Below, piece by piece: positions 34,021 to 44,329 of a stretch of 64,000 nucleotides of DNA. Positions within the stretch are counted from its first letter, which is position 1; each line of letters opens with the position of its first letter. A program made the translations under genes and the position numbers. The notes under the pieces are model-generated. The model had not been told where the DNA came from. It was given only the letters and a program-made list of their open reading frames with translations, and searched no databases. This DNA comes from a virus, in IMG/VR virus record IMGVR_UViG_3300003886_000002; one strand, given 5' to 3'.

Positions 34021-36810
34021 TCACCACCCTGACGCAAGGTATCGGTTTACGAACCCTATGCTAACTCTGGCGTCATCCGCGACAGTCACACAGTCTGCTG
34101 CTACGACTATGCAAAGTTCAGCGCACTGGGAAATATCGAACCAATCGAATGGGCGTCCGTCAGCGGATTCTATGTACCGTAACCCGTTGACGCTCCTTCC
34201 CCCTGCAAAGGTGACCTCAGCAACCCGGATACGTGAATCTATCGTTATGGTGGAACCTACCGGCAACTGTGGAATCAGTAGCGTTGAGCATGGTTCACGG
34301 CAACGCCAGAACTCGTCGTTAGGATCACATGGACACGGAACCCCTTGAGGCCCCCACGGGTTACGATACGCCTCTATCTTCATGTTCCGTATCTCTTTAG
34401 ACCCAGCCTTAACCTCTATAAACGAGGTTGCCTCATTCCATTGAAACGGGTTCCTGTAGGTGCAGCAGGCACGGAACGTGGCCCACGGTTCACAGTAACA
34501 TGACTCGAACCCTGTAAACGGATCGGGTGGGACAATCGGGAAAGCCCCGCAGTCAGGTACAAACAGGTTAGAAGGAATGCCAACCTGTTGGATGATGGGT
34601 GCCGTTTCCTGCGGGTTGGCTATAGTGATGTTGCAGTCAGCAGGTGGGAATATGCCGTCTGCCTCAACCCATGACCAACCAATCTTCGTATAGGTCCCAT
34701 CGGCGTCGAGCAGAATGGGGCAGTCGTTGATCACCTCGGGGGGACATGCTGTTTCCTGAGCATTCTGCACCAGCACGTCTGCAATGAGGTAGCATGTGCA
34801 ACAGTTGTTGTTGATGTCCCCATCCCATCGGATAGGTTCCCACGTCTTAGTATCATTCTTGGCGTCATATACGATACGCACTAAACATGTTTCGCGGCCC
34901 TCTATACACGTCTCACAAACTTCGTAACAATCACAGTTGTTGTTGACAAGGTCCCCGCTCCAATTCACTGGCTCCCATGTCATCACCCCGGTGCACTCGT
35001 TGTATATCAACCGTATCTGGCATGGGCGAAGATCCTCCGGGACACACCCGTTGGGGGGATCTGGGCAGGTACAGTCGCCACCGTTAGTGATGTTTATGGT
35101 GCAGCAATCTGGTGGGAAGTTACCGTCGACAGGTGACCATCCGGACACAGTCCACGTGCCGTCACCCACTAAGGTAACGTCACAATCGTCACCTGTTCCG
35201 CTACCGGGTTGACACGTCTGAGTCTGCTGTTCGTCACATGTCCCAAGGGGATCATTGATTTGCAAAGTGCAGAACTCTGGGACGAACCCTTGGGTAGGAT
35301 CAAAGTTGACTGCATCCCATGAAAGGTCAGCGTTCAAATCAATCAGACACGGGTCACCTGACACCGCAAGGTCTGTTGGGGTCTCCGTCGATGGGTCAAA
35401 GGTCTCGGGCTGTGGAACCATCAGACAGTCGTCAGGAGGGAACCCTAACTCGCTAAGATCCCACCCGTCGGTGCACCAGGTTCCATCATGGCGAACCAGC
35501 ACCTGACATTCAGGGCGCGCCACCTGACGTTCTATCTGTTGAGTCCCAATCGTTTCACTACAATCATCACACCAGTCCAACGGGTTACAAAAGATTTCGT
35601 CACGCGGGAAAGGAGAGTCGTCGAGACACCAATCCAAATCACCGAAAATGTATGGGAGTTCAGATGTGAGAGTGAACTGAACCCGCAGATTCACACACCC
35701 GCAGCGACTCGTGCAACAAGTACCACGCCGTTCCAACACCTTAGGGCCATCAGTCAACCCTGTCCGGTGAAACAACCTAGTGAACTCTAAAGGATCAGGA
35801 CCCACGACCTCCGTGAGGCACCTGCCCTGTGAAAAGTTGTCAACTGTTTGCGATGCTGCTGGAACAAAGTCAATCAGCCACTGCGCAACAGTTGCATTCA
35901 TCTCATCGATACGGCTCTGCACATCAGGACACGACGACACAACAGTGCTATCCAAGTCAATAGTTACCAGAGCCCCACTGCCAGACGGGGAAGTCGCAAC
36001 AGACGTCAATGACGCAAACGGGAAAACGAAAACACGTTCTATCTCCTCCCCCGCCACAGTAAAGCGATACTCCGCCAAACCCTGTGGATCAGCACCATCA
36101 AGACAAGTAGGGAGAAAACCGTCCGTATTATTCAACACCCCATTCAAATCCGACACAACAAACGTTTGGGCCGCATCATCAACCACTATACGAAACTGTC
36201 CACCACCTAAATCGTCAACAGACACAGTAGGGTTACGGCTAGTCACAAGCTGCACCTCAGACGACTCCGCGATATGGCAAATAGCGTCATCATCCCCAGG
36301 GCAACACTTCAACATGTACAAATCACCGAGCTTGCAATCCTCACAAGCAGCATTACCTATAAGCGCCTCCGTAAGCCACCTGAGACCATACTCCGCGGCA
36401 CAACAAGTCTTGGCACGCAACCAACCCGTCACGGTGATAGAACGAGCCCCAACCTTCAAAGGACCAAGTGATCCCCCGTTTATAGCCCCCTCACTTATGG
36501 TGCGCCGCACCGTCGAGTCGAAACCGACGATATCTTCAACGAAAAGTCCGGCGAACTCTGCGGATTCGGGTACCGCCGGGTCATACCATGGGGCGTCATC
36601 AAGTGCAGGTGACACATAGGCGCCATCTACCCCAGATCCCTGGTCACAAAACAGTGTACGGGCCGTAACGCACCCGCAATCCGCAACAAAACTGGTAGAT
36701 GGGGTCCGAAGCCCAGGGACACCGTTTAGAGGGTCCCCCCTCAAATACGAAATGACTCTCTCGTTTGACCAAATCTCTGTGTCCTGAAACCGGCCGTACC
36801 CTGTCCACAT
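34021..36810 (-). CDS. distal-tail-like minor tail protein with Cys-rich repeat insertion
   Basis: Directly after the tape measure; EIWSNERVISY, APWYDP..PES.EFAG; ~6 Cys/Trp repeats. Confidence 0.75.
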   Translation of the reverse strand: MWTGYGRFQDTEIWSNERVISYLRGDPLNGVPGLRTPSTSFVADCGCVTARTLFCDQGSGVDGAYVSPALDDAPWYDPAVPESAEFAGLFVEDIVGFDSTVRRTISEGAINGGSLGPLKVGARSITVTGWLRAKTCCAAEYGLRWLTEALIGNAACEDCKLGDLYMLKCCPGDDDAICHIAESSEVQLVTSRNPTVSVDDLGGGQFRIVVDDAAQTFVVSDLNGVLNNTDGFLPTCLDGADPQGLAEYRFTVAGEEIERVFVFPFASLTSVATSPSGSGALVTIDLDSTVVSSCPDVQSRIDEMNATVAQWLIDFVPAASQTVDNFSQGRCLTEVVGPDPLEFTRLFHRTGLTDGPKVLERRGTCCTSRCGCVNLRVQFTLTSELPYIFGDLDWCLDDSPFPRDEIFCNPLDWCDDCSETIGTQQIERQVARPECQVLVRHDGTWCTDGWDLSELGFPPDDCLMVPQPETFDPSTETPTDLAVSGDPCLIDLNADLSWDAVNFDPTQGFVPEFCTLQINDPLGTCDEQQTQTCQPGSGTGDDCDVTLVGDGTWTVSGWSPVDGNFPPDCCTINITNGGDCTCPDPPNGCVPEDLRPCQIRLIYNECTGVMTWEPVNWSGDLVNNNCDCYEVCETCIEGRETCLVRIVYDAKNDTKTWEPIRWDGDINNNCCTCYLIADVLVQNAQETACPPEVINDCPILLDADGTYTKIGWSWVEADGIFPPADCNITIANPQETAPIIQQVGIPSNLFVPDCGAFPIVPPDPFTGFESCYCEPWATFRACCTYRNPFQWNEATSFIEVKAGSKEIRNMKIEAYRNPWGPQGVPCPCDPNDEFWRCREPCSTLLIPQLPVGSTITIDSRIRVAEVTFAGGRSVNGLRYIESADGRPFDWFDISQCAELCIVVAADCVTVADDARVSIGFVNRYLASGW

Positions 36811-39800
36811 CAGCGACGCACCCGCGCCGTTGCCAAGTCCCGTGCAGCAATTTCAGCCTTCACTTGATCTATCCCCACCCCAACTATGTTATAGGTGTTT
36901 CCTGGGCCGCCCCCTAACGGGCCGCCACCTGTGCTCCCCAACACGTTACTACGTGCACCTGCCGCGGACACAGGGGCAGGGGTATCACGTGTCGCACGTG
37001 CCAACGTGTCAAACAAACCAGACTGCAAAGCAAGCGCCATAGCACGCTCAGGGCTATCCAGCGGAATGACCACCTCGTCACCTGCTTCACCAAGCTCCGC
37101 GACTATACGGCTGCGGATAACTGCACCGTCTGCCAACGCAACATGCACATGGTCACGGTGATCCTGCCACGTGATAGACCCCACCTCCCCGAAGCCCCCA
37201 CCCCCAGGGCCAGAATAGATACGGCGCACCATGCCTGCCACAGGAGCAAAAGCGTTGTAAATGTTCAACAGCTGTTGGCTATCGACACTGGGGGTTAGCC
37301 CCGTAACGTCCGCGGCACGACCCACGTTGTGTAGCGACGGTCTCTGTGTGCCACGAATCAACGAGTTTCGGATTGTAGACGTCACCCGGAACGGGGTGCC
37401 GGTTGCCCTGAGATATGTCAATAGTGCAGGGAAACTATTACGCTGCCCCTGCATTTCCTGTATGAACTGCATCTCCCGTGACAAATCATCTTTGCCGGGG
37501 CCTCCCCTATAGACAGAACCGACTGGCCATGCTGACACAGTCCCAAACTTTTGAATGAAAATCTTATCGATCATGGTGTTAGCTGCACTCAGAAACTCGA
37601 ATGCTGCTTGCGCTGTCTCTTTCGCCGCCTGTTCCATTATCCCGGCGCCAAGGTTACTCACTGCGCTGCGAGCAAACATTGTGTCTATCGAACTTGCAGT
37701 AATCGCGAACACTGCGTCGATCGCTGACTGGGAAATAGAGTTGACAGAATCCCCGATACCAGATGTGTTCGCTACCGCGGCAAGCATCCCATCAAAAGCA
37801 GGGTCGCCGATCTCATCCCTAGGGTCTAACGTGTCCTCAGGACCCAAACGGCCTAGACGTAGTGCCTCAAACTGGTCACGCCCTATTCTGCTCATCGCAT
37901 CAAGAGGAAGAACCCCCTCCCCGGGTTGCAGACGTGCAACAACTTCCCCGCTCTGCGGGGACCCAATCTGCGATGTTGCCATACCGGGCTGGTTGACAAT
38001 GCCACCCGTGTGGAAACTAGGGAGAACCATATCCAAACCGAGGGTGCTCGATGCTGCATTAACTGTTGTTTTGAAAGGACCCCAGAACAGGGTTCTGAAT
38101 ATTGCAACCTGTTTAGCAACAGATGCTGTCGTTGCCGTCACTGCCCCTGCAACCACTCCAGACATTTGTTCCGCCCCCCGCCCAAGCTCATCAATCGTCT
38201 TACCCATGTCCCTGTTGCTCTGCGCAACAGCATCTGCTGTGGTCTGTGCCGCAGTGGTAATAAGGTCATAATCGGTTACAAGCTCGTCGAGCCTCATCCC
38301 GTTAACGCTAGCATCGCTGGGAGTCATTAGATTCGCGATGGCAGGAAGCCCAGAATTGGCAATCAAACCGAGAACCTTGCTCCTTTCAACAGGGTCAAGT
38401 ATTCCTTCAATGACGCTCTGAACAGACGGATCTAGTTCAGACAAGTCTATCCCCTCAGCAAACGCTTCTGCCCATATGGCAGCAGCCTCTTTACCCTTGG
38501 TCGCCATAACGGTATCAAGCTGATCGAGCACAGTAGAAGAGTCGATTGTGGTGCCTTCAAGATTGATCACGCCAAGCTCCTCCCCGATCTTAGCTACTTC
38601 AGTCTTCAATGCTTCTGAGTCCAATTCTGATGCAAGTGCAGCAAGCCTAGGGGTAAGGGGAATGGTGATTGTCTCACCCCGCATGAAAGCATCAATCACT
38701 TCCTGAATCTGTCCTACGCTAAGACCAGCAGTGATATCCTCGAAATTCGCATCCAAATCTACAGTTGACGGGATTGTGATAGCAGGAACCTCAATTTGAC
38801 CCTCTTCCAGATCAATAGTATCTAGCAACAGGCCCCCGGGGAGATTCGACAACAAGAAATCAGGGTCTTTGATAGATTCGAGGTCAACAGCAATAGTTGT
38901 CCCCTCAACAACGCTAAGCCCATCGGCAAAGGCCAGTGCCGTGTCACGTCTAACTACCCGCTTAAATTCGGGGCTGAACTCCCCAGTGGGAATAAACTGT
39001 CCCGTTACCCCAAGATCGGCAAAGAACGCTTTCCTTGACTCGAACTGTTCCTCAAAGAACTGTCTCTGCTGCTCAGCAGCGTCATCCACCTGACCGGTTT
39101 CGAGAAGCAACTCTACGGGGAACTGAAACTCGGTGCCCTCAGTAAGAATCTTGACTAGCCCAGGGATCAGTTCATCTGCGACATCTTGTTCGTGTAGCGC
39201 ATCCGCGATTCCCGTCTTAAGATTATCGTAGGCCTCTGTCGCAACATCTATACTCCCAGAGGCATCAACCATACTGGCCACAAGACTCTCGTCTATCTCC
39301 TTCCCTATCGACTCAACAAAATCCCTGAACTTTTTCGCTTCAGGTGAGGCCGCTCCCAAGAGTTCCGCAAAGTTAGGGAATCCCTTGTCGCCTTTAAACC
39401 CAGCGATCCCACTTTGAACATCCGCCAAAGTATCGAGTGCTTTACGTGAAGCCTCAATAGGGTCTTTATCCAACAAACCTAACGACTCTGCTGCCCCGTC
39501 GATAGCCTCTGAAACATCCCTATATTGCTGCGTAAGGTTTTTGGTTACCTCCAGCAACTCCTCTTCTGCGGCAGCAGCCCTTTCCAACGCAGGTTTCGCA
39601 AATTCTGCTGCAAGCCGGGCGTTACTCATCTCTACCCCGAATTCTTGCAGCTGAAGTAAAGTGTTAGCCAACGCCAGATTAGCCTTTTTACTATCCTCCC
39701 CGAAAAGTTCGAAGATGGGGATTTCACCCAAATCCTTTGTAAGCAACGCATTCAAACTTTCGAGCTTGCCTGTAGCTTGTTCTGTGGATGTCACCAACTT

Positions 39801-42800
39801 TAAGAAAACTTTACTTTGATCTACTGTCCCATCTTCACTCTTCTTGAATGCGATGCTTAGGTTGACTGCGCCGTCGTCGAGGAGAAGCAGTTCTTCAAAT
39901 AGTCGCGCTGCGCTCGCTGCCGTCGCATCAAATGCCAGATCTATCTGCGCCTCGGGGATTCTCGCACCCCCGCGCCCACCACCCGCATACAGCCTCTGTT
40001 TTACATCTACCCTATCAATTAGATCATCGAATACGTCCCCTAGTTTCCCTGCTTCCTTTGCCCCTGCGATGCGAAGTTTGAACATGTTTGTAATGATGTT
40101 GTCGAACACATCTTCAAACGCGCCGTCACTTTTAACGGCAGCATCAACCAGTTCAGTTAGGCTAGCCCCAAATTGTGTTGCTGCAATGTCTAACGTGTCC
40201 ACCTGCTGCAAAAGTTTTGCAGTTGATACAAGCCCGCCCTTAGTCAAAGAGTTGAACGCAGACCCGAATGCGTCGAAAGCCTCCCTAAAGGTGATCATCC
40301 CGTCGCTATACGCTGACTGTAGAGTCCCTGTGGCGTCAATCAGTTTGAACGTCTCCTTCCTAGTGTTGAACAACTGTGTGGCAAGTGCGCCGAACACGGT
40401 TATGACCGTTGTGATTATGCCAACAACTGCTCCCCCTATTGCGAAAGCGAACGCAATGTTTGTTATAGCTGAACCTAAAGCAGTTAGTTTCCCTTCAAGG
40501 TTGGTGGATTCTGCGATCATTTTCCCTAATGAGAAACCTGCAATCGCTGTCGTCAACCCTATGAGGGCTTTGCGTCCCACCTGGGCTGATTGCATGGCCC
40601 TCGACAACTTGTTTACACCTATCGACATGCGTAGCAGCCCCGTGGATGCGAGGCGTGCCCCTGCCCCTATACGGTTGAATACGCCACCCAACACAGACAT
40701 CTTCGCAGCGCCAACAACTGCCTTGTCGGAGAGGTTCCCCATCTTTATGGAAGTGGTTAATAGCGCCGTTGTGGTAGCCTGCAAGGGGGCTAGTAACGCT
40801 CCTTTGATGCGTCCCCCTAGTGTTGTGGTAGCAACAGCAAACTCGAATGCTTTAACCTTCAATATGACGAAAGCTGCCCCTACCGCCACCAAAACTGCTG
40901 CAAAGTTTCTACCCAATAGGGTGGTAAGGGGTTTGATGAAATCGGCTATGGCCCCTAAAGCATCCAGGAATGAACCCAAGGCTTCCACAGCTGTAGTGCC
41001 TACAGATTTCACGAAGTCACTGGTGATGAAATCATTGGTTGTTTCTATGAAACCTTCAATGAGAGGTAGCAGCGCTTCGAAGATGGAGACAGCGTCTTTA
41101 CCTGCGTCGACAATAAAGTCAAATGCACCGCTGGCCCCCGACGAACCTGTGGTGACTATAAACTCTTTGACCTTCACAGCCATATCCGCGATGAACTGTA
41201 TAACCTTGCGGATCGCCCCGTTGCTGATCAGAACCTGTAGACCTCTGTTGAAGCCTTCGATGACCCCTGCCAGACGGTCCCCGACGGCTTCCGCTAACTC
41301 ATCTATCCCACCTGTTGTGTCCCCAAGGATCGTTCCGAACAGAGCCAAAACGGGTTTGATGAACAGTTTGATGATGTCGAAGGTAGATCCAAGTGCGTTT
41401 CTAAGTTCCTCAGAACTTGACACCATACGTTGGAAGAATGTGATCAGCCCAAATATGGCTAACCCGAAAAGTTTCGTGGGGGTGAGCAACAAAGTCAGTC
41501 CCCCAATGAGTAGCCCTATGATTTTGCTTAGAAAGAAGAACCCTGGGCCGAGGGCTGCAAGTGACGCCGCGACCTTAACTATTTGGCTCGTAAGCTTTTG
41601 GTTGGCTTCCACGAAGTCTGTTACGACGTTTATTCCGTCAGCGATCCTGCGGATACCTACACTTAACGCCCCTGCGAATGTGAGCCCAACTTCGATAGCT
41701 AAACCTTCTGTCGCAGACTTGAGTAGTAGGTAGGCTCCCCGCAAGCCTTCCAACTGCTTTTCCTGGATCTGTGCTGCCCGCCCAGCAGAGTTAAGGTTTT
41801 GGTTAGTGAGTTCGTCAAGGCTCTGTGCCCCCTGGGAAATAAGTGCCAGCATCCCGGGTCCTGCACGCTGCGCAAATATCTTCATGGCCTGCGCAGCGGT
41901 AACCGCGTTGACACGAGAGTCTGACATTACCTTATTGAAGCTTTTCAGGATACCGTTAGTGTCAAAGACGTCCACCCCTATATCTTTGAATGCTTGCGCG
42001 TTGTCCTCAAGGAACCGGTTCGAATCAAGTCCCGTTATCGTTTCGAATACGCCAGCAACATTCCCCCCTTTCTCAGCGACCTCCCCCAATATGTCGTTAA
42101 GGTCACGTATGTCGCCGCGGCTTCCACGCACCTCTATGCCGAAGTCACGCATCTTCCCTTCGAACTGTCCAACAATGTCCACCAACGGCAACATGTTGTC
42201 AGACGCATCGAATACCACTATGCCCAACTCGTCGATAACCTCTTTCGCTTGTGCCGAAGGGTTGATCAGCTTAGAGATGATGCCTCGAAGCGACGTACCT
42301 GCAATAGAGTTGCCCGATACAACCGCGTGCCCGTTGCGGCGAACAATCAGAAGATGGTTGGGGACATCTGCACAAAACACTTCATCGTCGTAATCTACCC
42401 ATCGCTCTGCACGCACGTCCACGACGGGGGGAACAGGAATGTATAGTAGGTCAGCAGAATCCTTGTCACCGCTCCCTGAGGCGGCATAGCTGAGATAGTT
42501 GACGTCCATTCCCATCACGTCGCCTGCATAGACGCTACCCCATTTGCTTGACCCCTGCTCCTTTACCCACATACGGTGATTTGGGGTGACCATAAGATCC
42601 ACGTTGCTGTCTGCAACGTGATACATGCGACCCTTGTAGTCATACCTGATTAAGGCATTAGGTTTACAGTATTCAACCTGATGTGTTTCAGGGTTCACAG
42701 TCGCGAATTCTGTGTTATAGCTGACGTCCTGCCAACGCACAAACCCGTTACGAGTCAACACCTGTGTATCGCGGTCGTAACAAGCTTTCAAACCTGCGTT

Positions 42801-43547
42801 TGACAGAACCCCTAGTGCAGCAGTTGTCTCTTCGAACGTCAACCCGGCGGCAGCAGCAACAGGAGCCACGAACTTGAAGCTGGCCGCCAACTGTGTGAGG
42901 TCAGTGTTGGAGTTGGTGAACGTCTGCGTCAACACATCTGCGACACGCCCAGCGTCCCTAGCCTCCAAGTTGAAAGCCCGGATGGCGATGGATGTGATGT
43001 CTGCGGCTTCTGCTAGCTCTACCTGCCCTGCCGATGCCAAAGACAGCGTGCTGGCTGTAGCCGCCAGAATCTCTTCTGTGTCGAACCCTGCCAAAGCGAA
43101 GCTCTGCATAGCTTCGCTAGCCTCTACAGCAGTGAACTCTGTGGTACGGCCAAGCATACGTGCAGTTTCACTCAACTCGGTCATACGCCGCGTTATCTGC
43201 GCAAGGTTGTCCCCAACCCCCGTAGTCAAAGCTTCTACACGCAGCATCCCTGCTTCGAATTCTGTGGTGAGTTTGATAACCCCACCCAGGGCGATGCCTA
43301 ACGGGATCGTAAAGTTGCGTGCAAAGAACCGTCCGAGTGACTGAACCCCCGTTTTGACACGGTTCAGGCTAGCAAGCCCCGCAGAGAACGCCCCTGTAAT
43401 CTGGCGTCTAACGTTGAATGCAAGATCACGAAATGGACGCGACGCCCCCTGGGCTGCACTCTTAGCCTCGCGGCGAACTTTCCCAGCGAACCCCGTGGTG
43501 CTAGGAAGAATTCTGATTACCGCTGCGCCAATTACTGCGCTGGCCAT
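36810..43547 (-). CDS. tape measure protein precursor with mini-intein and C-terminal M15-like peptidase motif
   Basis: TP901-type core (TEFTAVEASEAM, LSLASAG, ADVL, AGTSLRG), Ala/Gly-rich repeats, SLHNVGRAAD...HRDHVH. Confidence 0.95.
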   Translation of the reverse strand: MASAVIGAAVIRILPSTTGFAGKVRREAKSAAQGASRPFRDLAFNVRRQITGAFSAGLASLNRVKTGVQSLGRFFARNFTIPLGIALGGVIKLTTEFEAGMLRVEALTTGVGDNLAQITRRMTELSETARMLGRTTEFTAVEASEAMQSFALAGFDTEEILAATASTLSLASAGQVELAEAADITSIAIRAFNLEARDAGRVADVLTQTFTNSNTDLTQLAASFKFVAPVAAAAGLTFEETTAALGVLSNAGLKACYDRDTQVLTRNGFVRWQDVSYNTEFATVNPETHQVEYCKPNALIRYDYKGRMYHVADSNVDLMVTPNHRMWVKEQGSSKWGSVYAGDVMGMDVNYLSYAASGSGDKDSADLLYIPVPPVVDVRAERWVDYDDEVFCADVPNHLLIVRRNGHAVVSGNSIAGTSLRGIISKLINPSAQAKEVIDELGIVVFDASDNMLPLVDIVGQFEGKMRDFGIEVRGSRGDIRDLNDILGEVAEKGGNVAGVFETITGLDSNRFLEDNAQAFKDIGVDVFDTNGILKSFNKVMSDSRVNAVTAAQAMKIFAQRAGPGMLALISQGAQSLDELTNQNLNSAGRAAQIQEKQLEGLRGAYLLLKSATEGLAIEVGLTFAGALSVGIRRIADGINVVTDFVEANQKLTSQIVKVAASLAALGPGFFFLSKIIGLLIGGLTLLLTPTKLFGLAIFGLITFFQRMVSSSEELRNALGSTFDIIKLFIKPVLALFGTILGDTTGGIDELAEAVGDRLAGVIEGFNRGLQVLISNGAIRKVIQFIADMAVKVKEFIVTTGSSGASGAFDFIVDAGKDAVSIFEALLPLIEGFIETTNDFITSDFVKSVGTTAVEALGSFLDALGAIADFIKPLTTLLGRNFAAVLVAVGAAFVILKVKAFEFAVATTTLGGRIKGALLAPLQATTTALLTTSIKMGNLSDKAVVGAAKMSVLGGVFNRIGAGARLASTGLLRMSIGVNKLSRAMQSAQVGRKALIGLTTAIAGFSLGKMIAESTNLEGKLTALGSAITNIAFAFAIGGAVVGIITTVITVFGALATQLFNTRKETFKLIDATGTLQSAYSDGMITFREAFDAFGSAFNSLTKGGLVSTAKLLQQVDTLDIAATQFGASLTELVDAAVKSDGAFEDVFDNIITNMFKLRIAGAKEAGKLGDVFDDLIDRVDVKQRLYAGGGRGGARIPEAQIDLAFDATAASAARLFEELLLLDDGAVNLSIAFKKSEDGTVDQSKVFLKLVTSTEQATGKLESLNALLTKDLGEIPIFELFGEDSKKANLALANTLLQLQEFGVEMSNARLAAEFAKPALERAAAAEEELLEVTKNLTQQYRDVSEAIDGAAESLGLLDKDPIEASRKALDTLADVQSGIAGFKGDKGFPNFAELLGAASPEAKKFRDFVESIGKEIDESLVASMVDASGSIDVATEAYDNLKTGIADALHEQDVADELIPGLVKILTEGTEFQFPVELLLETGQVDDAAEQQRQFFEEQFESRKAFFADLGVTGQFIPTGEFSPEFKRVVRRDTALAFADGLSVVEGTTIAVDLESIKDPDFLLSNLPGGLLLDTIDLEEGQIEVPAITIPSTVDLDANFEDITAGLSVGQIQEVIDAFMRGETITIPLTPRLAALASELDSEALKTEVAKIGEELGVINLEGTTIDSSTVLDQLDTVMATKGKEAAAIWAEAFAEGIDLSELDPSVQSVIEGILDPVERSKVLGLIANSGLPAIANLMTPSDASVNGMRLDELVTDYDLITTAAQTTADAVAQSNRDMGKTIDELGRGAEQMSGVVAGAVTATTASVAKQVAIFRTLFWGPFKTTVNAASSTLGLDMVLPSFHTGGIVNQPGMATSQIGSPQSGEVVARLQPGEGVLPLDAMSRIGRDQFEALRLGRLGPEDTLDPRDEIGDPAFDGMLAAVANTSGIGDSVNSISQSAIDAVFAITASSIDTMFARSAVSNLGAGIMEQAAKETAQAAFEFLSAANTMIDKIFIQKFGTVSAWPVGSVYRGGPGKDDLSREMQFIQEMQGQRNSFPALLTYLRATGTPFRVTSTIRNSLIRGTQRPSLHNVGRAADVTGLTPSVDSQQLLNIYNAFAPVAGMVRRIYSGPGGGGFGEVGSITWQDHRDHVHVALADGAVIRSRIVAELGEAGDEVVIPLDSPERAMALALQSGLFDTLARATRDTPAPVSAAGARSNVLGSTGGGPLGGGPGNTYNIVGVGIDQVKAEIAARDLATARVRR
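42309..42782 (-). mobile_element. mini-intein in tape measure protein (158 aa)
   Basis: GLKA|CYDRDTQVLT...VTPNHRM...VFCADVPNHLLIVRRNGHAVVSGN|SIAGTSL. Confidence 0.92.
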
Positions 43548-43553
43548 GTGCTG

Positions 43554-43799
43554 CTACAACTCCGCGTTATCGATCGTATGAACATCTGCCAGAGGATTGG
43601 GGTCATCATCCCACCAGGAAGGGGCTTCTTGTCCCTGTAGGCTCTCTGGAAGATCTGGGTCATCTACAATGATGCCACCTCCGGACCCTAAACGTCCGGC
43701 AAACAGTGCATCGATCTTTTTGCGGCCTTTCGCGTCGGCGCCTTCGACAAGCATCGCGTACACGAAACTCATGAGTTCCTGGATGGTTAAGTCAACCAT
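43554..43799 (-). CDS. tail assembly chaperone, downstream (T-like) ORF
   Basis: Lies between the chaperone and TMP; its frame is open upstream and overlaps the chaperone 3' end in the -1 frame. Confidence 0.6.
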   Translation of the reverse strand: MVDLTIQELMSFVYAMLVEGADAKGRKKIDALFAGRLGSGGGIIVDDPDLPESLQGQEAPSWWDDDPNPLADVHTIDNAEL

Positions 43800-43876
43800 C
43801 CTTCTACCATATGGGACCAGTCGACCATCTATTTCACGTGCTCTGCTGACGGCAAAGACTGCAACGCTTAAGACCG

Positions 43877-44284
43877 CTAGGTAGGGCGGTTCCCGGAGAC
43901 CATTGAGATGAGATTCTCCACAATTTTGTTGAGTTCGTTGATCAAGATGGGTGGGTCTGCGTTACGCAGGTAATCGTCGAACTCTTCTTGATCTTCACCC
44001 CAAATAGCAGATTTGAGGAAACCGTGGATGGCCCGGATCTGTTCGATGTCCCCTGACTTAGGATCGGAGGCAAGTCCGATGTCGAGCAGGACGATACCTG
44101 GCAGTTCATTCACCGCACGAAACTCCCGTTCACGGACAGTGAAGGTTTGCCAAGGGGCATCCGCTTCTGCTTTCAACCCTTCGTAGTCTCCACCGATTGT
44201 TTCCATCACCTCCGGGGGGCCTCCCTGGGATGGAACCTGTTGCGCTGACGTAACTGTTTGCACGCCACTGGGGTCACTCATCAA
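43877..44284 (-). CDS. tail assembly chaperone (G-like)
   Basis: Size and position upstream of TMP. Confidence 0.65.
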   Translation of the reverse strand: MMSDPSGVQTVTSAQQVPSQGGPPEVMETIGGDYEGLKAEADAPWQTFTVREREFRAVNELPGIVLLDIGLASDPKSGDIEQIRAIHGFLKSAIWGEDQEEFDDYLRNADPPILINELNKIVENLISMVSGNRPT

Positions 44285-44329
44285 CTTTTCCTTTCAGTAC
44301 CTTTAGGGGTCAAGGCTACACGCTTTCTA

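Noticed and set aside
39844-41733. 629-aa plus-strand ORF
   Set aside because: Antisense shadow of the tape measure gene; Ser/Ala/Pro-rich with no motifs. The same applies to 35780..36619, 53506..53961, 55984..56628 and 61109..61576.
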